A DNA stretch of 64,000 bases from Phoronis australis (lineage: Eukaryota > Animalia > Phoronida): positions 361,312 to 425,311 of the forward strand of contig NMRA01000212.1 of NCBI GenBank assembly GCA_002633005.1, read 5' to 3'. The notes beneath the pieces were generated by a model. That model was not told the origin of the DNA, did no database searches, and saw only the letters and a program-made list of their open reading frames with translations. Numbering within the stretch: position 1 is the stretch's first letter; each line of letters opens with the position of its first letter. The translations under genes were made by a program, and so were the position numbers. This document shows positions 12,601-24,097 of the stretch, piece after piece.

Positions 12601-14469
12601 CTAGTGTGTGCCACCTAGTGGCCATTATTACTGATTTCGAGTGTGTTTTTGGCATCCACTCGCCTATCAACCAAACGGCTTTCAGGATAATTGTGGAAAT
12701 TTGCATGTATATGTTTACTATGAAGTGGATGGCTGACGACGAGTTTCCGACGAGTTCAACAACTGTGGCGCCTCCTAGTGGCAGTTTTGTTGTTTTTGCT
12801 CTCATGGCTATATCTATTAAACCGTTTACAGGATCTTTACTAAATTTAGCAAGTGTATTTATATGATGTTGACAATGGACGATGACGACTTTCAGACGGA
12901 TCTGACTTCTGGTGCGCCCCCTAGTGGCAATTTTAGTTTTTTATGTTTACCAGTCTTTATCTTCAAAGGTCCTCGACAGATTTTCATAAAATTTAGATTA
13001 TGGGTATTTATTGGTGAGATGACACTATCATGGATGGAATTGAGGTACTTTGCGCCACCTGGTGGCCATTTTTGCTGTTTTCAAATCTTGTTTTTGACGT
13101 CCACCCCTTGATCAACCAAATCATTCTAGGGAGGGTTTTGAAAATTGGTGTACATGTTTTCAATGTGAAGAGGATGTTTGATGATGGTGAATGACTACTG
13201 TGGTGCCTCCTAGTGGTAGTTTTGTTTTATTTTGCACCCACAGCTGTAACTTCAAAATCCACTACAGGATCTTTATTTAATTAGTGAATTTATATGAAGA
13301 TAACAGACAACGACTCAGGCGGATGGAACGGACGCTGTGCCCACAAGTGGCAATTTCATTTTGTTCTGTTTTCCTTTGTTTCTCTGAAGTTCCTGGACAG
13401 ATTTTTATGAAATATGGCACGTTCCCGTTTTTGGATGGATTGTACGTTTTTTTGCGCCATCTAGTGGCCATTTTTGTGATACAAATAACCATAAAAGCAC
13501 ACCATTTGCGATACATTCGTGGGCGCATTTCAACGCTCCACGTTGCTCTTGTTATTCTCTGCAATAACTCAATGTTGTGGAAAACACTAATAAACCTGAT
13601 AATGTGAATTACGCTTATGTTCAGGGTGAAATTTTGACTTGTGCTTGGTGTATGTTAAAGTGGCATTTAACCTGTGCTTTCTGTCAAAAAACATACATAA
13701 GTTTTGATTTATGCCACTGTTATAAAGCTAGGCCACCTAGTGGCAATTTTTTCCCATTTACCTTTGTATCTTTAAAGGTCCTCAACGGATTTTCATAAAA
13801 TTTGGCACATAGGCATCAATTAGTGAGATGACGCTATGCTCCTGTTTTTGGATGGATTTGAGGCATTTTGTGCCACCAAGTGGTCATTTTTATTGTTTTT
13901 GAGTCTATTTTGGCGTCCCCCCCCTCTATCAACCAAACCACTCTAAGGGTGATTGTGAAAATTGGGATGTATGTTCTTAGTCTGAAGAGGACGTTTGACA
14001 ATGGTTTTCCGATGACTTTGAGTACTGACACCTCCTAGTGGGAGTTTTGTTTCTTTGCCCCCTTAGAAGTTCCTTGGTGGATTTTTATGAAATTATGCAA
14101 ATAGCTTTCTATTAAAAAACAATGACATCCTCCTGTTTTCAGATGGATTTGACGTATTTTGGGCCATCTAGTGGCCATTTTTATTATACAAGTAAACAGT
14201 CCTAGAAGCACACCTCTGTGGTGCATTCATGGGCGCATTGCAACGCTCCGTGTTGCTCTTGTCGTAACAGTCCGTGCCATAAATTGAAACATTTTTTACA
14301 TAAAGCATGGGTTTAATGCTGCTTTAATGAATGAAAGCTTGGTATATGTTAACCTTTTTGAAAAACTGTGGCTCTACATTTGTACTGTTACAGATTGACT
14401 CTGTTCCTTTCATTTTAGTTTCCACCAGCTGACAAAGGCACATATACCCCATGGACGGTTGATCTGTGA
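608..14469 (+). CDS. XDH: Xanthine dehydrogenase/oxidase, C-terminal molybdopterin-binding region (10 exons; gene begins upstream of the window)
   Basis: Phase-compatible GT-AG exons: 608-694, 1625-1816, 2933-3078, 4092-4269, 5626-5754, 6435-6562, 8003-8204, 9466-9633, 10488-10655 (or 10652), 14419-14469 (stop TGA). Translation contains [70 protein letters not shown] (catalytic Glu) and ends in PWTVDL*. The substrate-site Arg (VLERGLFH) and ISFT favour XDH over aldehyde oxidase. Confidence 0.96.
2430..2665. mobile_element. Small foldback (MITE-like) element enclosing a degenerate tRNA-like sequence
   Basis: Arms 2431-2468 (atatcagataaacacagaaaaatcaggaacccccaactg) and 2627-2664 are ~38-bp near-perfect inverted repeats. 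The minus strand of 2460-2531 reads as a pseudo-tRNA (tagctcagtggtgagagc A-box/D-arm; ggttctattccc degenerate B-box). Confidence 0.6.
3165..3300. repeat. Dispersed repeat, second copy in opposite orientation at ~43865-43990
   Basis: cacacacaataggccttttt...ttagtcatacaactgtcccagttggactgtgtaac matches the reverse complement of gttacacaatccaactgggacagttgtgtgactaa...aaaaggcctgttgtgtgtg. Confidence 0.65.
4519..5296 (+). mobile_element. 5'-truncated Penelope-like retroelement (GIY-YIG endonuclease remnant) in an XDH intron
   Basis: Frameshifted peptide KYFKIPYVG...VVYKF...[16 protein letters not shown]...[17 protein letters not shown] is typical of the PLE GIY-YIG domain. 4519-4592 is an inverted copy of the element's 3' end. 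Flanking 12-bp direct repeat aatgtcagtttg at 4507-4518 and 5297-5308. Nearly identical to 61153-61865. Confidence 0.9.
5222..5269 (+). ncRNA. Minimal type I hammerhead ribozyme motif (Penelope-associated)
   Basis: actt-CTGAGGA-t-ggtgt(ttaataaatg)acacc-GAAA-cat-GTC-aagt: stem I actt/aagt, CUGANGA and GAAA core boxes, stem II ggtgt/acacc, palindromic minimal stem III ACATGT, GUC cleavage triplet. Confidence 0.8.
8620..8790. repeat. Dispersed repeat shared with ~39450-39600
   Basis: tctttgcaaacccagaagtcacttctcatctgaataaggaacaag...ccaattttgtag resembles tctttgcaaacccaaaactcccttctgatttgactaaggaacaagacctaattttatag. Boundaries are approximate. Confidence 0.55.
11839..14262 (+). mobile_element. Non-autonomous Helentron/DINE-1(HINE)-like element with an internal ~450-bp tandem array, in the last XDH intron
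   Basis: 5' subterminal repeat atgcgcccatg (11844) follows a T-run and precedes a GTCC-type microsatellite (ccgtctgtccggcgtccg). Its inverse catgggcgcat (14228) is followed by a small hairpin gcaac-gctccgt-gttgc and tcttgt. A second 3' end lies at 13518-13553. Internal period is ~451 bp (atgacgactttcagacggatctgact at 12431 and 12882). Confidence 0.75.
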
Positions 14470-15237
14470 ATGTGTCATGCTCCGATCAAGAAAATTATTT
14501 CTTAGTAAATTCTACTTTACTTTCACTTGAATTATTTGCCAATTGTGTGATATATATATGAGTGACAGTTATATACATGAGAGTTTTTATATCCTTATAT
14601 TTTGATGCCTTAAAGGTGATAGTTCTTGACCTATGATTCTAACAAAGGTGTGAATTGGGTTTGTGTCGATTTGTTTTAAGTGTTAACACCCACTGTGATA
14701 CAGGTATTTTAATTAAACTTGATAGAAGTGATATTATTTGGTAGAGATTGACATTTATACCAGTCAGATATAAAAATATAATAAATCTGTACACGACTAC
14801 TTGAGGTCTATTAGAGAGAGAGATTTAAAAAGTAAATTTTGAAAGTAAATTAGGTATTGACAAGCAGTGTTCTTCAAATGGCAGCTTAAAGGGGAATTTC
14901 CTTCTCACTACCTATGAATGCGAATCACAAAGCAAGTTACTTAAAGGCGTAAAATATGTGTAAAAATGTTGACACTATGATAGAAACTCAATTCTATTCC
15001 CAAACAGATAATTCAGGGCATGTCATGGTATGAAACTGTCATTGTCACTAGACTGTCCAACTATTCAAAATGGCAGTTGTAGTTCAGCTTTCATTTTTAT
15101 CTCTTGGAGACATTCAGCTTGTTTCGTGCTTTTGATGATTGGGCTGTCAGTAAATAAAGGAAACGCCCCTTTAAAACGAGAGCTTTTTCTGTCGTCTTAT
15201 AGGTTTTACTTATTGGTCGATGAACGTGGTGGTCTGC

Positions 15238-15682
15238 TACCCGCCGGAATTTCTGTAGATAAGCCCGTGGGCTTGTATTCAGAAAATGAAAATTTTCAGG
15301 CGTTTTAGCAACACCAAATAAACGCCCGGGCGTTTATTCGCAAAAATTTGTAAATGGAAAGCCATAGTTTTCCTTGACTTGACATTCTTTTACTTAAAAC
15401 TGCGTTTTTAATTTTTTTGTTAATAAATGCATAGTTCGACAACGCCTTGTTTGTTTTATAAATGATAAATGCTCCACAAAACTGAATTTGTGACAAAAAG
15501 TTGAGGCTGGGTGGGCTTTCAAGAGGAAAATTTACAAATAAATGTCCCATTGTCTGGACACTTAACATCACAAGTTGTAATACGAAATAAACCCCCACGG
15601 CGGGTGTGTATTTGGCACAATTTTCGAATAAACGCCCATGGGTGTTTCATCGGGTGGGCTTATCAACGGAAAACCCCTGGTA
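15238..15682. mobile_element. Degenerate TA-flanked MITE-like element
   Basis: Imperfect terminal inverted repeats tacc...tttctgtagataagccc / gggcttatcaacggaaaa...ggta, plus internal subrepeats aataaacgccc/gggcgtttatt. Confidence 0.45.
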
Positions 15683-18600
15683 CTTTTTTGCGTACTAGTA
15701 AAGTCGTAGGCTTTTGATTCAGCACATTTCTGGCACAAAACCACAGAAACTGGCTCTTTTAATAAATTCACAATACAACGAATTTTGTTGTTTTATTGCT
15801 CTGGTCAAAGTGTGAGCCAGTTACTTCAGGATGGTTTATCCCATTTTATAATAATCCCAAACATGCGTTTTATGTTGTAAATCCGATAAATGGCCCTTTT
15901 ATTTTATTGTTCTAAAAATTCTTGATGTCTTTTCAACCTTTTTCAAAATAACCCATGAAGATCATGAATGGGTTAGAACCAACATGGCGCATCTTTTTTA
16001 AGGCTAACGTGTGTCCTGTGTACATTGCGATTTCTCGATGATATCCCTGTCTTATCTCTTACCTAGTGTGCAGTTTTGTATGGTTGTAAAACTTTTTGTG
16101 AAAATACTCCAACCCCAGGGCTCTCCTGTAGTGTAGGAGTGTAGGGAAGTGCCACCGACCAACTGGGATGCCAACATTGTGCTCCGTCACNGTATTGTCA
16201 CGGCTGGATTTTTTGGCCCTCAAGTTGGATATTTTCTTAAGTGGGTCTATTTGATGAGTTGGGCAAAAGTTACCTACTCAAGTTGAATCCCAGTTAGGTA
16301 ATTTCGTTTTGTGGTATTTAGGTTATTGTCTGGGGAGAGCTGATGAAACGCGTGGTATTGCTACAGGGCAGAGTTTTGTCCCCGGTAGGCATACCTGTTT
16401 GTCCGGTTTCCCCAGATTTTGCGTTTTTTGCTCTAGATTTTGATTGAGTGTACGGTGGCACCGCTCTATTAAAGTATTATTTGTAAGAGACCCTTACAAG
16501 GGACTCCAATGACAACGAATTAACACCAGTGTATTGTCACCATGTATATTCCGAGTGATTGGACAATATGTAGTGGTAAATGTCTTCAACTCAGAAACAG
16601 CCTCCCCTTAGTTTCATTATTGTACATGGGTTTTCAATGTAGATATCGATCTTGTCTATCGTTTAACATTTCTAGTGCAGACCTGATATCCGTTGCATCA
16701 GACGTGCGCATGTCGCTCACGTGGGCCCATTGCATAAAACACATAAAAGTTTTTTTTTTGTTTATAACACTAAAATAAGACTAAAATATACCTATAAAAC
16801 TTATACACAAAATAAAACCGACATGACGAGCTAGAGGGTCTAACAATCTATCGGGTCCAGTGGAATTCGAAGCTACGACCTATAGTCTGAGAACAGGAGG
16901 CGTACACTCAACCCGCTGGGTCACGTGCACTGCCTCCGGTCTTTTGTCCCGCCAACACACTGATACACAGATCATTAGGGTTAGTATTATTTAATGTCAT
17001 TGCTGGTAATGCTACGTGAAACCGACTTATATCAGTATGCGGGTAATGCCATGGGCTTGTTAGTGCAGCTGTTCTGTACAGATCTACATTTCCTACAGTT
17101 GCGTGGGCGGTTTGATGCTAAACCAGTAACAAATTAATAACCCATTCGTGACATTGGGAAAATAGTTATGAAAATTGATTTTGATTTGGAGCGGAATGTC
17201 CGAAAACATGTTCCCCCGCGTTCTCGATGTTCCGCTGGTCGACCTCTCGATCACTCTTATTTGTGCGGCCCGGCACCACATAATTTCGCTTTCAAAAATT
17301 TAACTCATTTATAAACTTGGTTAAACTTCTGATATCAACTACCATCCCATACTTCATAGCATCTGTCTAATATGGCGAATGAAAGATTTCCGCTTGTTTA
17401 TTACATGTAAATTTGTCGAAAATCTACGGTGTCGTTACACTTGCTTAATGATGAGAAACATTTTCCATTTTAATAACGTACAACAAAGGCATTCTACTGT
17501 GAAGTTTTTTGCATACAGTCTTTAATATTAAGGAACATAAACAAAAAAAAATACGCACAAAATTATTTTTGAAACAACAGACACAAGATTGAGAGGTCAT
17601 CAAGGAAACGGCGTACTGACGAACATCGAGAAACTCTTTGGGGATTTTTAGTTCACAGATTTGATTACTACAACTTTCGATCAAAACTCAGTCGACCAGG
17701 CAGCCAGAAAAATTTGGTGCAAACTCTCGCGGCTAGTCACGGGGCCGTAAGCTCTAATAATAGAAAACATTGGTCACACGTACGCAGGAGTTGGCGTTCC
17801 AGGGGTAGAGTTCTAAGCAAATAGGGAGGCCGCCGTTAGTGCCTCTGTGAATCTGACCAAAGGAGATAGCTAGCTGTGAAATTCCTACACAAGGTGCAAA
17901 TTAAACAGTATGAAACGAGTCATTTCTCCACATAAGTAATGATAGGTAATTTACAATTATCTACATAGAGAGGTACATGAGCATACGTTTGCTATAATTT
18001 TTACTGATATGTTGGTTAAAGAGAACCGTTTTTCGTAGCATCCATGTACCTCTATCTCCCGTAAGAATGCAAACAGTTTCGGAAGTGATCCAGGAATCTC
18101 ATAGATACTTTTTAAAATTAAATCTAAAATTCAGGTTGAACTCAGAGGAAGTTTTGCTGACGTTCTTCAACCCGTAAAAGTCGCCGTTGATGCGATCGCC
18201 CTAGTTGCTGTGCAGTGCTGTCGCAACGAAACCTGATTGAAGCAGTTGTAATCCACTGTGCGTTGTGGCATGTACATGTACGATGCTTGGCGGAATGAAT
18301 TTTCTAATTTTTTTCCTGGCGACCAATGAGTACTCGTTTAACAGGCATGCGAGGGACCTGCCGCTCAAACGTGTTTTTCACCGCCATATCTCATGAGCTT
18401 ATGAACTTGGAGGCGACTTCTCTGAATTATAAGCCGAAAATGTTTCCCTGTGAATTAAGACCCTCCCTAAATGTCTACTTTATGAGCTAGGAAAAGGACC
18501 AGTTTTGCTAAAGAATAAATAACTCTACAAAAAGTTGTATTATGTTTTTTTGTGTTTTTACAACGAATTGATTTGCGTGAATCCAGGGCGTCGTTACCTA

Positions 18601-19227
18601 AAATTCAATTCCTTAGAAAACATTTTGAACCCCGTAAAACTTATTTAGTGAAAAATTCCACGAAGAGGCGATTGATGCTACTTCCATTGCTGTTGTAATA
18701 CACTCTCTTTCCAAAGATAATGCTTTCCGTATAGGGGTTGAACAAAGAATAGATACTTCATAGACAAATAATAACAACTGAATATTTAGCCTTGGCCGAC
18801 TTTTATTAACATCGAAAAATAAAATCAATACAAAGAAAGTATCTTATCAATATTAGATCAAATTTCTGGGAATGGCTGTGAATACTCCAGCCTAGTCAGA
18901 AGGCAGTCATATGTATGCCCACGACACCACATAGCAACTTTGCAAGTTGGCCACACGAATGTCTTAACTATTGTCTACGGTGCGCTCGAAATTCAGGTTC
19001 ATCGTCCGTTGCTGTGATCGATAAGACGCTTCGGGAAGTCCAGTGTACATGGTTGTTTTGCGGTGGACACAGTGTCAATGCCAGGCTTCGACACACATTT
19101 ACTTCATTAGTCATTATTTGCAGTATTTCACACCCGCCGTGTCTCACTGTGTGTGTTGTCAGCTTATGCTCTGTGGTGGCATTACTGCGTCATTTTATCT
19201 TCACTTGAGAATGAAACAAGTATGTTT

Positions 19228-19507
19228 NNNNNNNNNNNNNNNNNNNNNNNNNNNNNNNNNNNNNNNNNNNNNNNNNNNNNNNNNNNNNNNNNNNNNNNNN
19301 NNNNNNNNNNNNNNNNNNNNNNNNNNNNNNNNNNNNNNNNNNNNNNNNNNNNNNNNNNNNNNNNNNNNNNNNNNNNNNNNNNNNNNNNNNNNNNNNNNNN
19401 NNNNNNNNNNNNNNNNNNNNNNNNNNNNNNNNNNNNNNNNNNNNNNNNNNNNNNNNNNNNNNNNNNNNNNNNNNNNNNNNNNNNNNNNNNNNNNNNNNNN
19501 NNNNNNN
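19228..19507. other. Assembly gap (run of N)
   Basis: About 280 consecutive N bases; ORFs spanning it are artefacts. Confidence 0.99.
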
Positions 19508-19673
19508 NTGTTTTGTGTCCCGTCGGAAGAAAATTTAAATTCGAAAACATCTTCTGAAAACGCACAAAAAAGTGTATTAGTAAAATCTACTGATTTTTAA
19601 GTGGTTTTAAAAAACAATCGGTAAACTCACCGATTTTTGTCTCATTACTTTGATACGTGTCTCTTCCGATAAG

Positions 19674-21600
19674 TTAGTACCTAACGTGCAGACGAGCACT
19701 CCAAATTGGAACGCTAAGTCCCGCGTGGTTGCGCTGCACGCGAAACAAGATGGCGGACGAACTTTGGAGCCTGACGACAATAGGTAACCGGACTATACAA
19801 AGATTATCCTTCAACAACGTTGCGTCTCGAAAGTCCAAAAACTGCGCCTTATACAAACCATTAACTTTGATTACTACAATGCTGTCCGAATTCACGGCTC
19901 TCAACACCACGCCTGCTCTGTTGAGAGCATTAATTTGTTCACAACGTGATTAAGAAGTCAAGCCAGTCTTGATCCCTCAGCCGAGTAAACCCAGGCGTTT
20001 CCTTCTTGTAGTCGCTAAGAAGTTCGCGGAGTGTCTTCTCGCTGCGGCTATTGTTTCCTGCAAAGTCAAATAAAATTCCCCACGAATAGTGAATCGCGTT
20101 TTCCTCCAACAGGAAAACCCCCCGAAATTGAGGACCGATTCCTTTCCCATTGACAAACTGGAACACTTCAACCTCCGAGTCTACTGACCTCATATAAAGA
20201 TGACGATTCTTTGCAAAATACTTTGAGGACGTAAAAAATCTGCTGTCGCTGAAATCAGTAGAAACATACAGCCATAATTTCCTCGATCAATGACGACGGG
20301 CTTTCCGTAACTGTAACTCATGGGGTCGTGAACAACAGTCTCACGAACGTTAATAGCAAAGTCTGGCAGATCGAGAAGCGGTGACGTCTTGAAAGTTGGA
20401 AAGGAAAAAACAGGTTCATATCCAGACCAACTTCTGTTGTTTCTACTACGTTTTTTCATGGAAAATACTGATTTCACTTTACGAATTGCTCTCTGAAAAA
20501 CTGATAACTTTTGGATCGCCTTGTCTGTCTAAGTCATCTGCGTCCTCGCTCATACAAGGTACTGGCACAAATCGAGTTTCTGTAACTTCTTCCGGGAACA
20601 TGTGTACAGAACCGTCTGTAAACGAGGCCAGGTTCTTCGCTGAGTTCGAATTGCTAATATCTTCACATCCTTTGGAATTTCCAGAGCATGTAGGCTGTGA
20701 TAACTCGTCACCGGCCTTGGGTACACCCTCGTATTCGTGACATCCCAAAGTGTCGACGTCAAGCGGTGTGGTGACTCTATGTGGCTCTTGACTAACGTTC
20801 AAACAATGTACATGTACACGGTTGTTACGGAAAGATCGCTTTTGTTTTGTTCGTTTTGTGCCAGCAACAGAACATCCAGGTAGAGGTGACTCGTTACTCT
20901 TGACCTCTTGACCGTTGCCTCTTAACAGGATAATGTTGCCAAGTGGTTCTCGGTTGTTACTCATACATGTTGTATCTTTTTGTAATATCTCTTTTTCGGC
21001 ATCACCAAAGCAACCGGGAGGAGGTGAGTCGTTATTAGTCATCACCTCATAAAAATCCCCTATCAACTTTATTTCGTCCGGGTTGGTATTTCTTTGTGGC
21101 TCTTGACGACCACTCGAGCAATTAGTATTGCTGTTATGTAGGCTATGCCGGCTCTGTTTTGTTTCTGTTTTTTGTCGTCTCCAAGGAAACCACAGAAGGA
21201 CAAGTTGTCTCCCTTGGCCACCATCTCATCCTCGTGCGGAATGATGTCTCTTTGTGGCTCTCCACTGGCACTCAAGCAATGTGCCCGGTTGTTACTTGAA
21301 TTTTTGTTTTGTTTTGACCGTTTTTTGGCATCCTCAGAATATGCAGACGGAGGTAATTTGTCTCTTGTGGATACGAGCTGGTAATTGTCGTCTCTCGACT
21401 CGTACTCATCCTCACCCGGGATGATATCTCTAAGTGGCTCTTGAAAACCACTGGAGCATTGTGCACTGCTAGAATGCATTGTTCGTAATTCTTCAATTCT
21501 TTCTTTCTCTCGCTTCCTCGTTTGAGTCTCTCATTCGTCCTCTTCAGGATATCTTTTTTATTTGTAATCATCCCAACTATTTGTGTGAGGCCCTACACCT
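19674..21600 (-). pseudogene. Decayed hAT-like (GTF2IRD2/SPIN/Charlie-type) transposase with a repetitive upstream coding region
   Basis: Chain of frameshifted minus-strand ORFs. 19939-20193 (EVEVFQFVNGKGIGPQFRGVFLLEE...SRSEKTLRELL...LRDQDWLDFLIT) resembles the VNFIRxxGLNHRQF..FLEE...RWLSRG...LxDxxWLxDLxFL segment of this family. Upstream ORFs carry a recurring QEPxRDIIP-like motif. Confidence 0.5.
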
Positions 21601-21715
21601 CCACTAACCAAAACAGCAATCTTGTTCTGTCGTGAACAATTTCGCTCAAGCTGTCTGAATAGATTTGCTTTCCCAATTGCTTTTTTTACAATTAATACTT
21701 CTTTTTGAAAAAAGA

Positions 21716-21978
21716 TGGCCATGCATCGCCTGAAAATCTCTCACACAGACGAATGCCCCTGTGGCACTGGACCCCAGACACCTGAGCATAATTTACTGCA
21801 GAACTGGCCTACGTTCGATTCCCTAAGGCGCCAGACATGGCCCAGTCCGGTGGAACTCAAGGTAAAACTGTGGGGCCCGACGGCATCATTGTGGCGAACT
21901 GCAGACTTCGCCCAAAAGACCAGATTGACTATTTAAGCTACATGGCCGGGAACGCTGAACAAGAAGAAGAAAAAAAAT
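21716..21978 (+). mobile_element. 3' fragment of a non-LTR retrotransposon (LINE ORF2 C-terminus with CCHC-type knuckle)
   Basis: HRLKISHTDECPCGTGPQTPEHNLLQNWPTFDSLRRQTWP...KLWG is a degenerate CxC-x6-EH-x4-CP motif. It is followed by a stop, a short 3'UTR and a (GAA)n/A-rich tail. Confidence 0.75.
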
Positions 21979-24097
21979 CAGTTTATTTTAGTACACCGTC
22001 ATAACCATTTTTTAAATTCCCCTATTTTTAAAGTTCAATTTCAGCATGTTTAGCTGGTCAAAAGACGAAATTTGAATTGGACGTTTTTGCTCATCAAATT
22101 GGTCCTCACTATAGCATGATTCATTTTTAAATTACCAACTCAGGTCACAGGCAATTCGTACATGTGACATGATGAAATTCACAATTTCAGGGTTCGACAA
22201 CCTCAATAATGTTGAAAGCGAATTTTTAAGTCACCGTGGGTTTCCTGTTGTAAACAGAATGTGAATCTAATCATGGTAAGTAATATTATGAGACTGATTT
22301 CATGGGTGTCACAGAAAAACCTAATTCGCTTATGCTCTGTGGTGGCATTACTGCGTCATTTTATCTTCACTTGAGAATGAAACAAGTATGTTTCGAAATA
22401 TCGGTGCCTTTTAATTAGCCATGTCGCTAGGTCAGTTACTTTATGTTCAGTTGAGAGTAGAGTTTTGTTCCGAAGGTATGAACATAAAGACTGTCAACAA
22501 TGAAAAGTGTCGTGCGTTAAATCAATTTGCTAATGGATAAATATATCAAATGCACCAGTGTTAGAGTATGATCTCATATCGGAGTCATTTAGGATGAGTG
22601 CATGTGTAGGAGTAGTTCAGAGAATTAAGAATTATGTAATAAAACCCCAACATGAGGAATTGTAGCAAACATGTTTGGTTCAGTACATCCTATTATGATT
22701 CATGTATGTCGCTATATAAGTGTATGATCTCATGGATTGTTACAGACTCAGTAGTATCAGTAGAAGTGTATGTAATAAAACTATTATCCCCCATCAGATT
22801 AGTATTATCCTTGGACCGCGTTCTCGCACTGCGTCGCGCATTCAGCGTTCCTAACCGAACGGAATGCCTTTCACTGCTAGTACATCAACAACCAATGAAC
22901 AACACGTGCGAGTTGTGACGATATGTGAGTCACATGTATATCTAATATTTGCATATCATATTTTTTCTAGATTCAATGTGACATCATTGGTGAGAAAAGA
23001 CAAATTTGAACATGAAGCACACGCTCCAAATTATTTGCCGGTGAGGTGACCTATCAACAATTATTGCCTAATAGGCCTATTGTTTGATTTCCTTATCTCC
23101 TAATCGCATGCTAATGACGCCTTGTCAATTCTTGCATAACATCGAGTGCCACCTCTACACTCGACTGAGGTGTTGCTACATGAGGCGTATTCAACGATAT
23201 TTCTGACGGGAGCCGGTCGACGGTGTATCGTAGGCCACTGAAGTGCGACATAAGTCTTGTTTTTTACAGTGATAATTCGCACTTTATTACAGTAATAAAT
23301 CTTTAGCCAATCAGAAGCCAGGAATAATTACTGTAATAAATATTTATTACTGTTTTACTGGAGTAAATCAACCAATCAGATAGCAATAATTACTATAATA
23401 AATATATACATCGGACTCATGTCGCTGTTGGCTATCTATAAGCCAAGTGTGACATAAGTCCTATTTATTACACCTTTCGGCTTTGATGCAAATCGAGAGT
23501 GAACTCGACATTGAATATTCTTAATATTACCGTCATTATCGAAAATAAATAGGTAGGTCTATCTTTTCATGCAACGCTCGTAATTTAGGAACTAAGTCCC
23601 TATTAAATTCAGGGCTCAATGTTTAGTTATATCATAAGAAAATATCAATTAGTCAAATAGGAGCTCATAATAAAGCTGAACTGATCGAACAAGATTACAT
23701 CTGTCGGTAAAGAAACACACAAATGGGCAAACTTTCAGGCAATGAATCCGACACTGGGCGTGCTAGGACCTAAGCTAGGACCCAGCTAAAACCTCGTCAA
23801 AGTCACGTGTTTTCATTTGAAATCCACGGCAATATCTCACGTAATCTCGCGAAGTCTTGCTTTTTAGCGAGGTCCTAGCGTTACTGAACGGGAGGCGGTC
23901 CACGCGTGGCATGTTTTGATCATCAAGCACCAGATGTCTCTGGTGTTCATTGGTGTCTTGAACAGATGCAAGTCGTGTTTAGTAGAAACTGTTTGGCATT
24001 GGGTTTCTGAGCAGAGATCGACTGATATATGGGCACTGTTGGATCGACGGTAGTATTGGAGTTAGTTACTTATGCGTAGATTTTATGCTCATCGAGT

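Noticed and set aside
11808-14226. Multiple short ORFs with repeated APPSG motifs
   Set aside because: They are translations of the CCNCCTAGTGGC DNA motif in a non-coding tandem array, with no consistent frame or splice structure.
19043-19600. ORFs of 127-185 aa spanning the N run
   Set aside because: Artefacts of translating through the assembly gap.
23280-23405. Duplicated ccaatcaga/aataattact block as CCAAT promoter elements of the SV2-like gene
   Set aside because: It looks like a short AT-rich internally repeated element ~700 bp upstream of the ATG; a regulatory role cannot be supported from sequence.
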